DNA of 60,718 bases, from assembly GCA_964633595.1 (NCBI GenBank), contig CAZWGV010000003.1:1-60718 (forward strand), given 5' to 3'. The first letter of the stretch is position 1. Each line of letters begins with the position of its first letter. Shown piece by piece: positions 21,136 to 30,049 of this stretch. Under the pieces are notes generated by a model. The model was not told where the DNA came from. It saw nothing but the letters and a program-made list of their open reading frames with translations, and searched no databases. The translations under genes and the position numbers were made by a program. The stretch comes from an uncultured Coriobacteriaceae bacterium. GTDB taxonomy: Bacteria; Actinomycetota; Coriobacteriia; Anaerosomatales; CAZWGV01.

Positions 21136-21738
21136 CTAGATGATGTGAGGCCCGAACTCCCGCTCGCAAGAGGGACAGACCATGTGTGCCTCGAACCACC
21201 CCGGCTTGTCGGAACGGGGGATCAGCTCGAGCATAAGCTCAGTCTCGCACGCGGGGCACCAGACGCGGCGCTTCAGGTCGAGGTGGGCGACGAGGCCGTC
21301 TGCATCTGCCTCATGGTCCCGGATCAGTACACGATACGCCTCCGGCTCACCGTGCCGTCCGCCTGTCATTGCGAGAACGACGCGGATCTTCTCGGCCACG
21401 TCCGCTGGCTTGGCTTCGTTCTTCACCAGGTAGTCGATCGCGCCCATGGCGATGCCACGCTCGACGTCGGCCTCCTGACCCAGGTTGGTCAAGACGATCA
21501 CAGGGATGTCCTTGGTGCGGGGGTCCTTCTTGACTGTGTCCAGGACTTCAAGACCGCTCATACGAGGCATGATGAGGTCCAGCAGGATCAGGTCCACAGC
21601 GGTCTGATGGAGGTGCGCAATGCACTCCAGACCATCCGCTGCGCTTATCACGGTGTAGCCCTCTTGAGTGAGCTTGTCCGAGTAGATCCGTCGCAGCAGC
21701 TCCGTATCTTCAACTACCAAGATGGTCTCTCCGGCCAA
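21136..21738 (-). CDS. orphan response regulator: CheY-like receiver domain fused to a C-terminal domain of about 75 aa with a CxxC...CxxC zinc-ribbon motif
   Basis: The receiver residues are present: E10-D11, D54 in LLDLIMP, T84, and K106 in YLVK. The C-terminus reads WCPACETELMLELIPRSDKPGWFEAHMVCPSCEREF. TTG start with GGGGGTG 5 nt upstream. No HTH output domain is visible. Confidence 0.8.
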   Translation of the reverse strand: MAGETILVVEDTELLRRIYSDKLTQEGYTVISAADGLECIAHLHQTAVDLILLDLIMPRMSGLEVLDTVKKDPRTKDIPVIVLTNLGQEADVERGIAMGAIDYLVKNEAKPADVAEKIRVVLAMTGGRHGEPEAYRVLIRDHEADADGLVAHLDLKRRVWCPACETELMLELIPRSDKPGWFEAHMVCPSCEREFGPHII

Positions 21739-21765
21739 GTTGACACCCCCTGTGCTCTGCGACTG

Positions 21766-22548
21766 CTAGTTGACGTGCTCGTGGGCAGCATGCATTCGCG
21801 CACGCAGCCGCAGGACCGACTTGGTGTGAAGTTGACTGACTCGCGACTCGGTCACGCCGAGCACCTCGCCTATCTCCTTCAGCGTCAGACCCTCGTAGTA
21901 ATAGAGCATGATGACGAGTCTCTCGCGCTCCGGAAGTCTCTCGATAGCGTCTCCAAGCTGTGAGCGCAGCTCGCCGCTCTCGAGTACTTCGACGGGATCC
22001 TCGGCGGACTCATCCTCGATCGTGCCTAGAACGCTTGTCTTCTCGTCCCGGTCACCGCCACCCCAGAGCTCCTCGAATGAGACGACCGAGGTATACGAGA
22101 GCTTGGTCAGGATGTCGTTGAACTCCTTGACCGTGATGCCGATCTCGCCGGCTACCTCCTCGTCGGAGGGCGATCGCTTGTTGCGGTTCTCCAGCGCAAT
22201 GTAGGCGTTCTCGATGTCTCGCGCCCTTGCGCGCACGGATCGAGGAACCCAGTCCATCGCGCGAAGTTCATCGATGATGGCGCCCTTGATGCGAGCGATG
22301 GCGTAAGTCTCGAACTTGATCCCCCGGTCAGGGTCGTACTTCTCGATGGCGTCGATGAGCCCGAATATTCCGTAGCTGATAAGGTCGGCCGTTTCGACCG
22401 TCTGAGGGAGGTTGGAGGACAGGCGACCCGCTACATACTTCACGAGCGGCGAGTAGCTCAGTATGAGCTTCTCTCTAGCATCGTTGTCGCCGGTGTCCTT
22501 GTAGACTGCCCAGACCGCGGAGATGTCCGTGCGGGCGTCCTGTTTCAT
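21766..22548 (-). CDS. whiG: FliA/WhiG-family (sigma-28 type) RNA polymerase sigma factor
   Basis: 260 aa with region 2 (LISYGIFGLIDAIEKYDPDRGIKFETYAIARIKGAIIDELR), region 3, and region 4 (LPERERLVIMLYYYEGLTLKEIGEVLGVTESRVSQLH). ATGA overlap with xerC. It occupies the xerC-sigma-rpsB slot where Streptomyces has whiG. Confidence 0.88.
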   Translation of the reverse strand: MKQDARTDISAVWAVYKDTGDNDAREKLILSYSPLVKYVAGRLSSNLPQTVETADLISYGIFGLIDAIEKYDPDRGIKFETYAIARIKGAIIDELRAMDWVPRSVRARARDIENAYIALENRNKRSPSDEEVAGEIGITVKEFNDILTKLSYTSVVSFEELWGGGDRDEKTSVLGTIEDESAEDPVEVLESGELRSQLGDAIERLPERERLVIMLYYYEGLTLKEIGEVLGVTESRVSQLHTKSVLRLRARMHAAHEHVN

Positions 22549-23468
22549 CCGGTGGGCCCCTCCGGAGCGGCTGCACGGGGATGCGCACAGCGGTGTACGT
22601 CCTGTAGCCGCCTGACGCTGACGTGAGTATAGATTTGGGTTGTGGACAGCGCAACGTGACCCAGCAGCTCCTGTACGGTGCGGAGATCAACGCCGGCTTC
22701 CAGGAGGTGCGTGGCGAACGTGTGTCTCACGCTGTGGGGAGAGATGCCGAGCCCGGCTCCTGCGGCGGAGGCGTGCCTTTTCAATCTGCGTCTCACCGAG
22801 TCTGCCGTGAGGCGCCCCCCACCCCTGCCCAAGAAGAGCGCTTCCTCAGTCGCCGACCCTCGCTTCAGGGCAGGTCGTGCCTTCTCGAGGTACTCGCTCA
22901 AGCGGCGGATCGCCTCTGCGTGGATGGGCACTACCCGTTGACGCGAACCCTTCCCCGTGACCCTGATCTGCCCGCCCGCCAAGTCCAAGCTCTGCAGGTC
23001 CAGACCCACCAACTCGCCCACACGGATACCGCTTGCGTAAAGGAGCTCCAAGATCGCCCGGTCCCTCATGCCGAGTGGAGTATCGGCCTCGGGGGCATCG
23101 AGTAGGGTTTCGATCACGCCCCTCGGGAGCGCTCTGGGCAGCTTGCGGGGAGCCTTTGGGGAAGACGCCACCGTTGCAGGATCTAGAGCGAGGAGACCTC
23201 GGTCGGTCAGAAACGCGAACAGCCCCCGGATGGCGGACAGGCGTCGGGCTATCGTCCTTCTGGAGTACCTGGCCCTGTCGAGCTCGGCAAGATAGGCACG
23301 AAGCTCGCGATGTGTGAGACTCGCCACGTCGATACCCTCACGCTCAGTCCATTCCACGAAACGAGCGAGGTCGCCAGCGTAGGCGCGGACTGTGTGGATG
23401 GAAAAGCGTCGTTCGATCTCCAGGTGACGGAGGTATGTATCGACCCAGGCTCTGGGGTTACGCTCCAT
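22545..23468 (-). CDS. xerC: site-specific tyrosine recombinase XerC
   Basis: N-terminal SAM-like domain (YLRHLEIERRFSIHTVRAYAGDL) and catalytic domain with R...HSVRHTFATHLL...LGHVALSTTQIYTH. The ATG at 23468 has GGGGAGG 6 nt upstream. Confidence 0.9.
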   Translation of the reverse strand: MERNPRAWVDTYLRHLEIERRFSIHTVRAYAGDLARFVEWTEREGIDVASLTHRELRAYLAELDRARYSRRTIARRLSAIRGLFAFLTDRGLLALDPATVASSPKAPRKLPRALPRGVIETLLDAPEADTPLGMRDRAILELLYASGIRVGELVGLDLQSLDLAGGQIRVTGKGSRQRVVPIHAEAIRRLSEYLEKARPALKRGSATEEALFLGRGGGRLTADSVRRRLKRHASAAGAGLGISPHSVRHTFATHLLEAGVDLRTVQELLGHVALSTTQIYTHVSVRRLQDVHRCAHPRAAAPEGPTG

Positions 23469-24834
23469 CGCCAACCTCCCCGAGAGCCACCGCCACGGGC
23501 ACAGGAATGCCCAGCTCAGGCCGTTCGAGGATGTACCGTTCCGTGTCCGCGAGCGCGCGGTGCCCCTGGGCGGCGCGGCGTTCCGCGCGACGGCGCACCG
23601 GGGGGTCCAGCGGCGGCATCAAGCCGAAGTTGACGTGCATCGGCTGGTAGTCGTGTGTATCGGGCGACGTGGCGTACACCACGAGGGACCCCAAGGCCGA
23701 TGTGGCTGGCAGCATCACCGGGGCAAGGCCTCGGATGCGAGCGTAGGTATCCAGAGCGGCGAGCAGTCCTGTCGCTGCCGCTTCGAGGTAGCCTTCGGTG
23801 CCACTCAGTTGCCCCGCGATGTGGACCTGCGGGTCGCCTCGGAGCGCCATTCCTTGGTCGAGGAGCCGGGGTGCATCGAGGAAGGTGTTCCGATGCATCA
23901 CGCCGTAGCGGAGGAACTCAGCGTCTTGCAGACCAGGTAGGTTGCCGAACACGCGCTTCTGCTCGCCGAACGTCAGGTTGGTTTGGAATCCCACCAGGTT
24001 GTAGGCGGTGGCGCTCCGGGTCTCAGATCGCAGCTGGACAACTGCCCAGGGACGCTCGCCCGTATGCGGATCAGTGAGTCCGACTGGTTTGAGTGCACCG
24101 AAGCGCAGAGCGTCGGGACCTCTGCGGGCTATCTCCTCGATCGGCTGGCAGGCTTGGAAGAGGTCTGCCGTCTCGAAGTCGCGCAACGTGACCCTCCGGG
24201 CGCCGATCAGCTCCTCGACGAAGATTTTGTACTGATCTCTGGTCAGCGGGAGATTTAGGTAGTCGGCACCCTCCCCTTTGCCGTAGCGAGACGCGCGAAA
24301 CGCAATCTGTGTGTCGATAGTGGACGCCTCGATGATGGGGGCAGCCGCGTCGTAGAAGGCGAGATGCTCGACGCCAAGGCGAGTGGCCAGTTCTTCGGCC
24401 AGGGTTGTGCTCGTCAGGGGGCCTGTTGCGACGATCACCTGCCCGGGAGGCAGAGTGCGGGCCTCGGAGAGATCGACCTCTATGAGAGGCTCGGAAAGGA
24501 TGGTCTGCGTGACGAGTTCGGCAAAGAGCGAGCGATCAACCGCCAAAGCGGCACCCGCTGGCAAAGCTGTCGCGCGCGCACACGCCAGGACAACGCTGCC
24601 GAGGAGCTCTAGCTCGCGCTTGAGCAGGCCGCTGGCGGTGGAGGGATCGTCGCTCTTGAACGAGTTCGAGCACACCAGTTCTGCGAAGCTGGCGGTGTGG
24701 TGCGCCGGTCCCATCTGCGCCGGCCGCATTTCGACTAGCTTGACGGGTACCCTGCGTCGGGCGAGCTGCCAGGCGGCTTCGCTCCCTGCAAGACCGGCTC
24801 CGAGCACGGCCACGCGTTCGGCGCTGTGCGTCAT
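23458..24834 (-). CDS. trmFO: methylenetetrahydrofolate--tRNA-(uracil54-C5)-methyltransferase (FADH2-oxidizing)
   Basis: 458 aa with VLGAGLAGSEAAWQLA (FAD site) and FAELVCSNSFKSD. The trmFO(gid)-xerC adjacency matches Bacillus. Confidence 0.94.
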   Translation of the reverse strand: MTHSAERVAVLGAGLAGSEAAWQLARRRVPVKLVEMRPAQMGPAHHTASFAELVCSNSFKSDDPSTASGLLKRELELLGSVVLACARATALPAGAALAVDRSLFAELVTQTILSEPLIEVDLSEARTLPPGQVIVATGPLTSTTLAEELATRLGVEHLAFYDAAAPIIEASTIDTQIAFRASRYGKGEGADYLNLPLTRDQYKIFVEELIGARRVTLRDFETADLFQACQPIEEIARRGPDALRFGALKPVGLTDPHTGERPWAVVQLRSETRSATAYNLVGFQTNLTFGEQKRVFGNLPGLQDAEFLRYGVMHRNTFLDAPRLLDQGMALRGDPQVHIAGQLSGTEGYLEAAATGLLAALDTYARIRGLAPVMLPATSALGSLVVYATSPDTHDYQPMHVNFGLMPPLDPPVRRRAERRAAQGHRALADTERYILERPELGIPVPVAVALGEVGDGA

Positions 24835-24942
24835 GCTGTCGTGTGGTTGGACACCATAGGGTGATTGTAGGCGCTCCGCGATGCGAGTAGTCCTCTAACT
24901 AGCACCATGAGGACACGACGTCACCGACGCGACCGGTGCCGC

Positions 24943-25827
24943 CTAGGCAGGACCGTACCGGCCGTCGGGATAGCGGGCGATGATGCCCTTACTCTCCAGG
25001 TCGCCTATCTCCCTGACGATCGACACCACGTCGCGACCGAGCGCGCGGGCGACATCGTCCGGACGCATCGGATCCGCGAGCAGCGCTCTAACCAGGGGCT
25101 CGTCGGCTACGTTGGAGCGTGCCAGCGTCCCGCTGCGCGGCTCCAAACGTGTCCGGTCGAGCAGTCCGGCCCCGCATGGGCCGAGTGCCTCGGCCAGCTC
25201 TGAGACGTCGGTGATGGGAGTGGCGCCCTGTCGGATGAGACGGTTCGTGCCGCGAGAACCGTCGGCGAACACGGACCCGGGGACGGCGAGAACGTCGCGA
25301 CCCGCCGCCAGGGCGAAGTCGGCTGTGGTGAAGGTCCCGCTGGGCAGGCCCGCCTCCACCACGAGGACGGCGCCAGACAGAGCTGCGATGAGGCGATTCC
25401 GCCTCACGAACGCGTGCCTGGCCGGGTGTGTCCCCCAGGGCAGCTCGGAGACGACTGCTCCGTCCTGGCGCAATGCCGCCAGCAGGTCGCTGGCGCTCGC
25501 GGGATAGTCCACGTCGGCCCCGCAGCCGAGGACGGCTACGCTGGCTCCTCCCGCTGCCACCGCAGCTCTCTGAGCAGCCTGATCGCACCCCGCTGCGGCA
25601 CCCGAGACCACGACGATACCGGTCTGGGCGGCCCACATTGCGAACACCCGCGCGCAGGCAAGTCCGTACGGTGTGGCGCGCCTCGACCCCACGATAGCCA
25701 GTCCTGGCCTGACCGTGTCAGCACGACCAATGCCGTAGAGGGTGTCGGGCGGCTGTGGTGACACGCTCAGACAGTCAGGATAGCCGGGGGTGTCCCGCCG
25801 CCACTCCCACAGAGTGGCCGCGCTCAC
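24943..25827 (-). CDS. dprA: DNA-processing protein DprA
   Basis: 294 aa with a Rossmann-like DprA core (IVGSRRATPYG...VVSGAAAGCDQAA...TNRLI) and a C-terminal winged-helix region. GTGA overlap with the upstream gene. Confidence 0.92.
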   Translation of the reverse strand: MSAATLWEWRRDTPGYPDCLSVSPQPPDTLYGIGRADTVRPGLAIVGSRRATPYGLACARVFAMWAAQTGIVVVSGAAAGCDQAAQRAAVAAGGASVAVLGCGADVDYPASASDLLAALRQDGAVVSELPWGTHPARHAFVRRNRLIAALSGAVLVVEAGLPSGTFTTADFALAAGRDVLAVPGSVFADGSRGTNRLIRQGATPITDVSELAEALGPCGAGLLDRTRLEPRSGTLARSNVADEPLVRALLADPMRPDDVARALGRDVVSIVREIGDLESKGIIARYPDGRYGPA

Positions 25828-27311
25828 GAAGTCTCCCAGGACCTGTAGGCGATCGCCTCGGCGATGTGAGGCGGTCCAACGGCGTCAGCCTCGTCGAGAT
25901 CTGCGATCGTGCGAGAGACCCGGAGCACCCTGGTGACACCTCGACCTGAGAGATGGAAACGTCGCGCCGCCGAGGTCATGGCATGTCTGGCCGAGCAGCT
26001 GAGCGCGCACGCAGACACCAGGGCTATACCTGAGAGTCCGGCGCTGGGCGCCCCGCGGAGACTGTTTGAACGAGAACGGGCCCGAGCGACCCTCTCCCTG
26101 ATCACTTCGCTATGCTCACCCTCGGACTCGGCCGAGACTATGGCCGCCGGATCGACCCGATCGACGCGAACGCAGAGGTCCACACGATCCATCAGCGGGC
26201 CTCCGATGCGTCCCAGATAGCGGGACACCTGTGCAGGAGCGCAAGTGCATTGGCGCGCCGGATCGCCGAGGAATCCGCACGCACACGGGTTAGTAGCGGC
26301 GACCAGCGTGGGAGCGGCTGGGTACGTCACGCGCCCTTCGGCGCGAACTAGCGTGAGGTGCCCATCCTCGAGGGGCTGCCGGAGAGACTGGAGTGCAGCA
26401 GGGCCGAACTCGGCGAATTCGTCCAGAAAGAGCACGCCGTTGTGCGCGAGGCTGACCTCCCCTGGCAGAGGCGGTCTGCCCCCGCCGACCAGCCCCGCGA
26501 TCGAGCTAGAGTGATGCGGTGCCCTGAATGGGCGGATCCCTGCCAGAGCGTGGCGTTCGTCCAGGCCGGCCACCGAGTGGATGAGCGCCGTAGCCAGGCG
26601 CTCGCCCTCGTCAAGAGGGGGCAGGATGCCGGGCAGTCTGCGGGCCAGCATCGTCTTGCCCGATCCGGGGGGACCGATCAGGAACACGTTGTGGCCACCG
26701 GCGGCCGCGATCTCCAGGGCGCGTTTGGCTTGTTGCTGACCTACGACCTCACTCATGTCGGGCAGAGGATGGCCGAGCACGATGTCCGAGCCGCGGCGCC
26801 CATTCGAGGGCGTGAGCTGCTGGGTAAGCGCCCTCAAAGTAGTTGCCGCCATGTAGTCGGTGCCAGGAACCGCCGCAAGCGCATCCATCCACCCCGGAGG
26901 ACCGATCAGGGGGCGGCCTAGACGGCGGGCAGTCATCGCGAACGCCAGCAGACCTCTTACTGCTCTAACCGATCCGTCCAGGCCGAGTTCGCCCACGAGT
27001 AGCGCGGTGGCGATCTGGTCAGGAGGTATCTGCCGAGTGGCCGCCAGGATGGCGGCGGCGATGGGAAGATCGAACCCCGTGCCGTGCTTGCGGAGGGGCG
27101 CCGGTGCCAGGTTCACCGTTACGCGTCCGGCGGGAAAGTCGAAGCCGCACGCCCGCATGGCCGCGCGAACGCGGTCTCGCGACTCGAGAACCGCAGCGTC
27201 CCCCAGTCCTACGAGAGTAAAGGTGGGGAGCCCGTTCGCGACGTCTGCCTGGACCTCAACGGGAAGCCCGTCGACGCCGTGCAGCGTCGCCGTGTGCGCG
27301 ACTGCCTGCAA
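25824..27311 (-). CDS. YifB/ComM family Mg-chelatase-like AAA+ ATPase
   Basis: 495 aa with a Lon-protease-like N-domain, Walker A LIGPPGSGKTMLA, GVLFLDEFAEF, and a C-terminal ChlI-like region. Confidence 0.92.
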   Translation of the reverse strand: MQAVAHTATLHGVDGLPVEVQADVANGLPTFTLVGLGDAAVLESRDRVRAAMRACGFDFPAGRVTVNLAPAPLRKHGTGFDLPIAAAILAATRQIPPDQIATALLVGELGLDGSVRAVRGLLAFAMTARRLGRPLIGPPGWMDALAAVPGTDYMAATTLRALTQQLTPSNGRRGSDIVLGHPLPDMSEVVGQQQAKRALEIAAAGGHNVFLIGPPGSGKTMLARRLPGILPPLDEGERLATALIHSVAGLDERHALAGIRPFRAPHHSSSIAGLVGGGRPPLPGEVSLAHNGVLFLDEFAEFGPAALQSLRQPLEDGHLTLVRAEGRVTYPAAPTLVAATNPCACGFLGDPARQCTCAPAQVSRYLGRIGGPLMDRVDLCVRVDRVDPAAIVSAESEGEHSEVIRERVARARSRSNSLRGAPSAGLSGIALVSACALSCSARHAMTSAARRFHLSGRGVTRVLRVSRTIADLDEADAVGPPHIAEAIAYRSWETS

Positions 27312-27314
27312 GGT

Positions 27315-27683
27315 CTATCCGGATACGGTGAACGCACAGCGATGGTGCCTCAGAAGTGCCCGGTCTTCGCCGAGCACGTCGATAGCCACCACGTCGAAGC
27401 GCACCGGACACGCAAGATCACCGGCCTGCGCGAGGTAGGCATCGGCGAGGCGCTTGAGCTTCCGTTGCTTGGCCGGACCTACCGCCTCCTCCGGTCGTCC
27501 GGTCCGGCGAGTGCGCCGGGTCTTGACCTCGCAGAGAACCAGGGTCTCGCCGTCGATCGCGACGATGTCGATCTCGCCGAGTTGACATCGCCAGTTGCGC
27601 TCTACCAGGTGTAGTCCGGCGCGCTCGAGGTAAGCGGCGGCAGCATCCTCCCCTTTGGCGCCGAGTGCCTGCTTGTCGGTCAT
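27315..27683 (-). CDS. yraN: YraN family endonuclease-like protein (UPF0102)
   Basis: MTDKQALGAKGEDAAAAYLERAGLHLVERNWRCQLGEIDIVA...EVKTR is the family signature. The ATG at 27683 has GGAGGG upstream. Confidence 0.85.
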   Translation of the reverse strand: MTDKQALGAKGEDAAAAYLERAGLHLVERNWRCQLGEIDIVAIDGETLVLCEVKTRRTRRTGRPEEAVGPAKQRKLKRLADAYLAQAGDLACPVRFDVVAIDVLGEDRALLRHHRCAFTVSG

Positions 27684-27774
27684 CACGCCCTCCCCTCTTC
27701 GAGAGCATGCTGACCGAGGTCCCACAACAAGGTCCGAACGAAACCTGACCGCGTATCGCCTCGCGGTACGAGAC

Positions 27775-28554
27775 CTAGAACAGCCGAGGCGCGTCCTCGC
27801 AGCCCGAGAAGGAACGACGGTGCAGAGAGCACGTTCCTAGTCTGGAGATGGCTGCGAGGTGGTCCGGAGTCCCGTATCCCTTGTTGATCTCGAATCCGTA
27901 GCCCGGGTACCGGCTGTCTAGCTCGCACATGAGGGCGTCGCGTTCCACCTTGGCAACAACGGACGCCGCGGCAATACAGGCGATGCGCGAGTCACCTCCC
28001 ACGAATGAGCGTTCTTCGATGTGCGACAGCCCAACAGGATGGCCATCCACAAGAGCCATCGTCGGACGGACGGTAAGCCCGCCTATCGCCTGCGCCATGC
28101 CCCGCCGCAAAGCCTCGGACATGCCCAGCCGGTCAATGACAGGCGCCTCCGTGTGGACAACCGCGACGCACACACAGGAGCTTCTGATCGAACTGGCCAT
28201 CTCGGACCTCATGGCCGGCGTGAGACGCTTCGAGTCATCGAGGCCGAGCAAGGGGCGGTCGGCTCGCAGGACGACCGCCGCCACACTGACCGGACCCGCC
28301 AAGGCGCCTCGGCCCACCTCGTCCAGCCCGACAGCGACGGCGCCGGTCTCGGCCAAGCGGTTCTCCTCGGCAATGAGCTCTGCCCAGCGGGATAGCAGCG
28401 CGCTGTGCCGGTCGAGACGTTTGCGTGCACGGTTGACCGCGTGGCGGACACCCGCTCTGGGGTCTGGAGCGTGAAGGGCGATCAGAGAAGCGAGCGAGTC
28501 GGGCGACGCGCCGTCGAGGAGTTTCTTGCACTCCCGGACGGTGAGGCGGCGCAC
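27775..28554 (-). CDS. rnhB: ribonuclease HII
   Basis: Catalytic GLDEVGRGALAGPV and DDSKRLT motifs, with an N-terminal helical extension of about 60 aa. The GTG at 28554 has GGAG 5 nt upstream and lies just after the lepB stop. The longer track ORF (to 28647) overlaps lepB. Confidence 0.88.
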   Translation of the reverse strand: MRRLTVRECKKLLDGASPDSLASLIALHAPDPRAGVRHAVNRARKRLDRHSALLSRWAELIAEENRLAETGAVAVGLDEVGRGALAGPVSVAAVVLRADRPLLGLDDSKRLTPAMRSEMASSIRSSCVCVAVVHTEAPVIDRLGMSEALRRGMAQAIGGLTVRPTMALVDGHPVGLSHIEERSFVGGDSRIACIAAASVVAKVERDALMCELDSRYPGYGFEINKGYGTPDHLAAISRLGTCSLHRRSFSGCEDAPRLF

Positions 28555-28562
28555 TGCGGCTC

Positions 28563-29450
28563 CTACAGCTGGGAGATCCGAGGGATCGGCCAGTAGATGG
28601 CGAACGCCTCGCCGAGTACCCGCTCGAGCGGCTGTGATCCAAACCACCGGCTGTCCCTGCTGTTGGGGCGGTTGTCGCCCATCAGGAACACGTGGCCTGT
28701 GGGAACCGTGAACGGCATCTCGATATCGCCGACCTCCGTGGGTCCGCGTACACCGGGATGCTCCCGCACTGCGCGCCCGTCAACGAAGACCTCGCCCTCT
28801 TGGATGTCGATCGTCTGACCACCAACTGCCACAACGCGCTTTATGTAGTCGGTGCGAGTGGATCCGGGCTCTAGGAAGACGACAACGTCGCCGGGAACCG
28901 GAGATCGGAACCGATACACGAACTTGTTGACCAGCACTCTGTCATTGATCTCCAGGGTGGGCAGCATAGAGCCCGAGGGGATGATGAATGGCTGCACAAC
29001 GAAAGTCTTGATACCAGTGGCTAGCAGGAACGCGACTCCCACCAGTATGACCATCTCAAACAACCAGCGAACGAAGGAGTGCCTCTCGCCAGTGGCGGGC
29101 AGCTCCACCTCCGCGGGATGGTAGGCGGTGGCCACCTGAGCACCCGGGTTACATGACGCCGGGGCTTCCTGACCGCCCAGCGGGGCGGTCGCGCCTCGGG
29201 TCTCAGAGGAGTCTGGAGGAGCTGTCGGGGCGGTCGGCGTATTCGGGTGGTCTGGAAGGAGCGCCGGCACTACCGGGGGCCTCGTGATCGCTAGCTCTAC
29301 GCCCCTAGCGTCGCTCCCAGCCGAGAGCTGTCCGAGAGACGGACCTGAGAGCTGTCGATGCGGGAGGGCGTCGTTCACGATCTCGAGGTCACTCGGCTCC
29401 TGCGCTCCGTCTGACTCGGATGATGAACCTGGGGCTTCTTCCGAAGTCAC
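28563..29450 (-). CDS. lepB: signal peptidase I with a long low-complexity N-terminal region (start codon uncertain)
   Basis: TM segment, then the catalytic box IPSGSMLPTL and the Lys box IKRVVAVGG, then GDNRPNSRDSR. The GTG at 29450 gives about 135 aa of Pro/Ser/Ala-rich sequence ahead of the TM. A later GTG start is possible. Confidence 0.85.
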   Translation of the reverse strand: MTSEEAPGSSSESDGAQEPSDLEIVNDALPHRQLSGPSLGQLSAGSDARGVELAITRPPVVPALLPDHPNTPTAPTAPPDSSETRGATAPLGGQEAPASCNPGAQVATAYHPAEVELPATGERHSFVRWLFEMVILVGVAFLLATGIKTFVVQPFIIPSGSMLPTLEINDRVLVNKFVYRFRSPVPGDVVVFLEPGSTRTDYIKRVVAVGGQTIDIQEGEVFVDGRAVREHPGVRGPTEVGDIEMPFTVPTGHVFLMGDNRPNSRDSRWFGSQPLERVLGEAFAIYWPIPRISQL

Positions 29451-29461
29451 TCTGCGACCGC

Positions 29462-29806
29462 CTACGCCCGCTTCTCTCGGAGTCTGGCGGCCTTTCCGAC
29501 CTTGTCCCGGAGGAAGTAGAGCTTAGCGCGGCGAACCTTGCCGCGGCTGAGGACCTCCAGCTTGACGATCTTTGGGGAATGTACCGGGAACGTACGCTCT
29601 ACGCCGACGGCGAAGGAGACTTTCCGTACGGTGAAGGTCTCTCGGTTGCCGGCGCCATGTCTCCGGATCACAACGCCCTGGAACGGCTGGACCCGCTCGC
29701 GGCTTCCCTCAACGACCTTGTAGCTGACCGTCACCGTGTCCCCCACCTGGAATTGCGGCAGGTCGGCACGTATCTGTTGCTGCTCCAGCGCGCGGATCTT
29801 GTCCAT
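29462..29806 (-). CDS. rplS: 50S ribosomal protein L19
   Basis: [47 protein letters not shown]. The ATG at 29806 has GAGGT 5 nt upstream. Confidence 0.96.
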   Translation of the reverse strand: MDKIRALEQQQIRADLPQFQVGDTVTVSYKVVEGSRERVQPFQGVVIRRHGAGNRETFTVRKVSFAVGVERTFPVHSPKIVKLEVLSRGKVRRAKLYFLRDKVGKAARLREKRA

Positions 29807-29867
29807 CACATACCTCGTCTTCAGGACCGCTGGGCGGCGGCCGTGGGCTCTCTTGACACGAATGCAG

Positions 29868-29897
29868 AGTATAGAACAGCCGCCCTCAACGGGGCAA
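29868..29897 (-). promoter_or_regulatory. candidate sigma70-type promoter for rplS
   Basis: Minus strand reads TTGCCC, an 18-nt spacer, then TATACT, about 60 nt upstream of the rplS ATG. Confidence 0.5.
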
Positions 29898-30049
29898 CGT
29901 GCGATTTGGTGCCGAGCGCGACGGTCGCGACCGGCGACGGTTCAAGCGTAGTGCGGGGCGGTGCTGCATCGATGCGCCGGATACGGATTTCGTGTGGACT
30001 TCGACGAAGAAACCACGCGCTATCTGGCTCGTTTCGCCCAGTGCCCGGG

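Noticed and set aside
29900-30049. 150-nt apparently non-coding stretch after trmD. It contains the perfect 10-bp palindromes GGTCGCGACC and GCATCGATGC, plus a plus-strand TTGACA at 29853.
   Set aside because: 10-bp palindromes are expected many times by chance in 60 kb of GC-rich DNA. The TTGACA has only an 11-nt spacer to a TATAGA and no plus-strand gene downstream. The only ORF there is an Arg-rich 27-codon tail of an antisense frame. The region probably just holds the rplS promoter.
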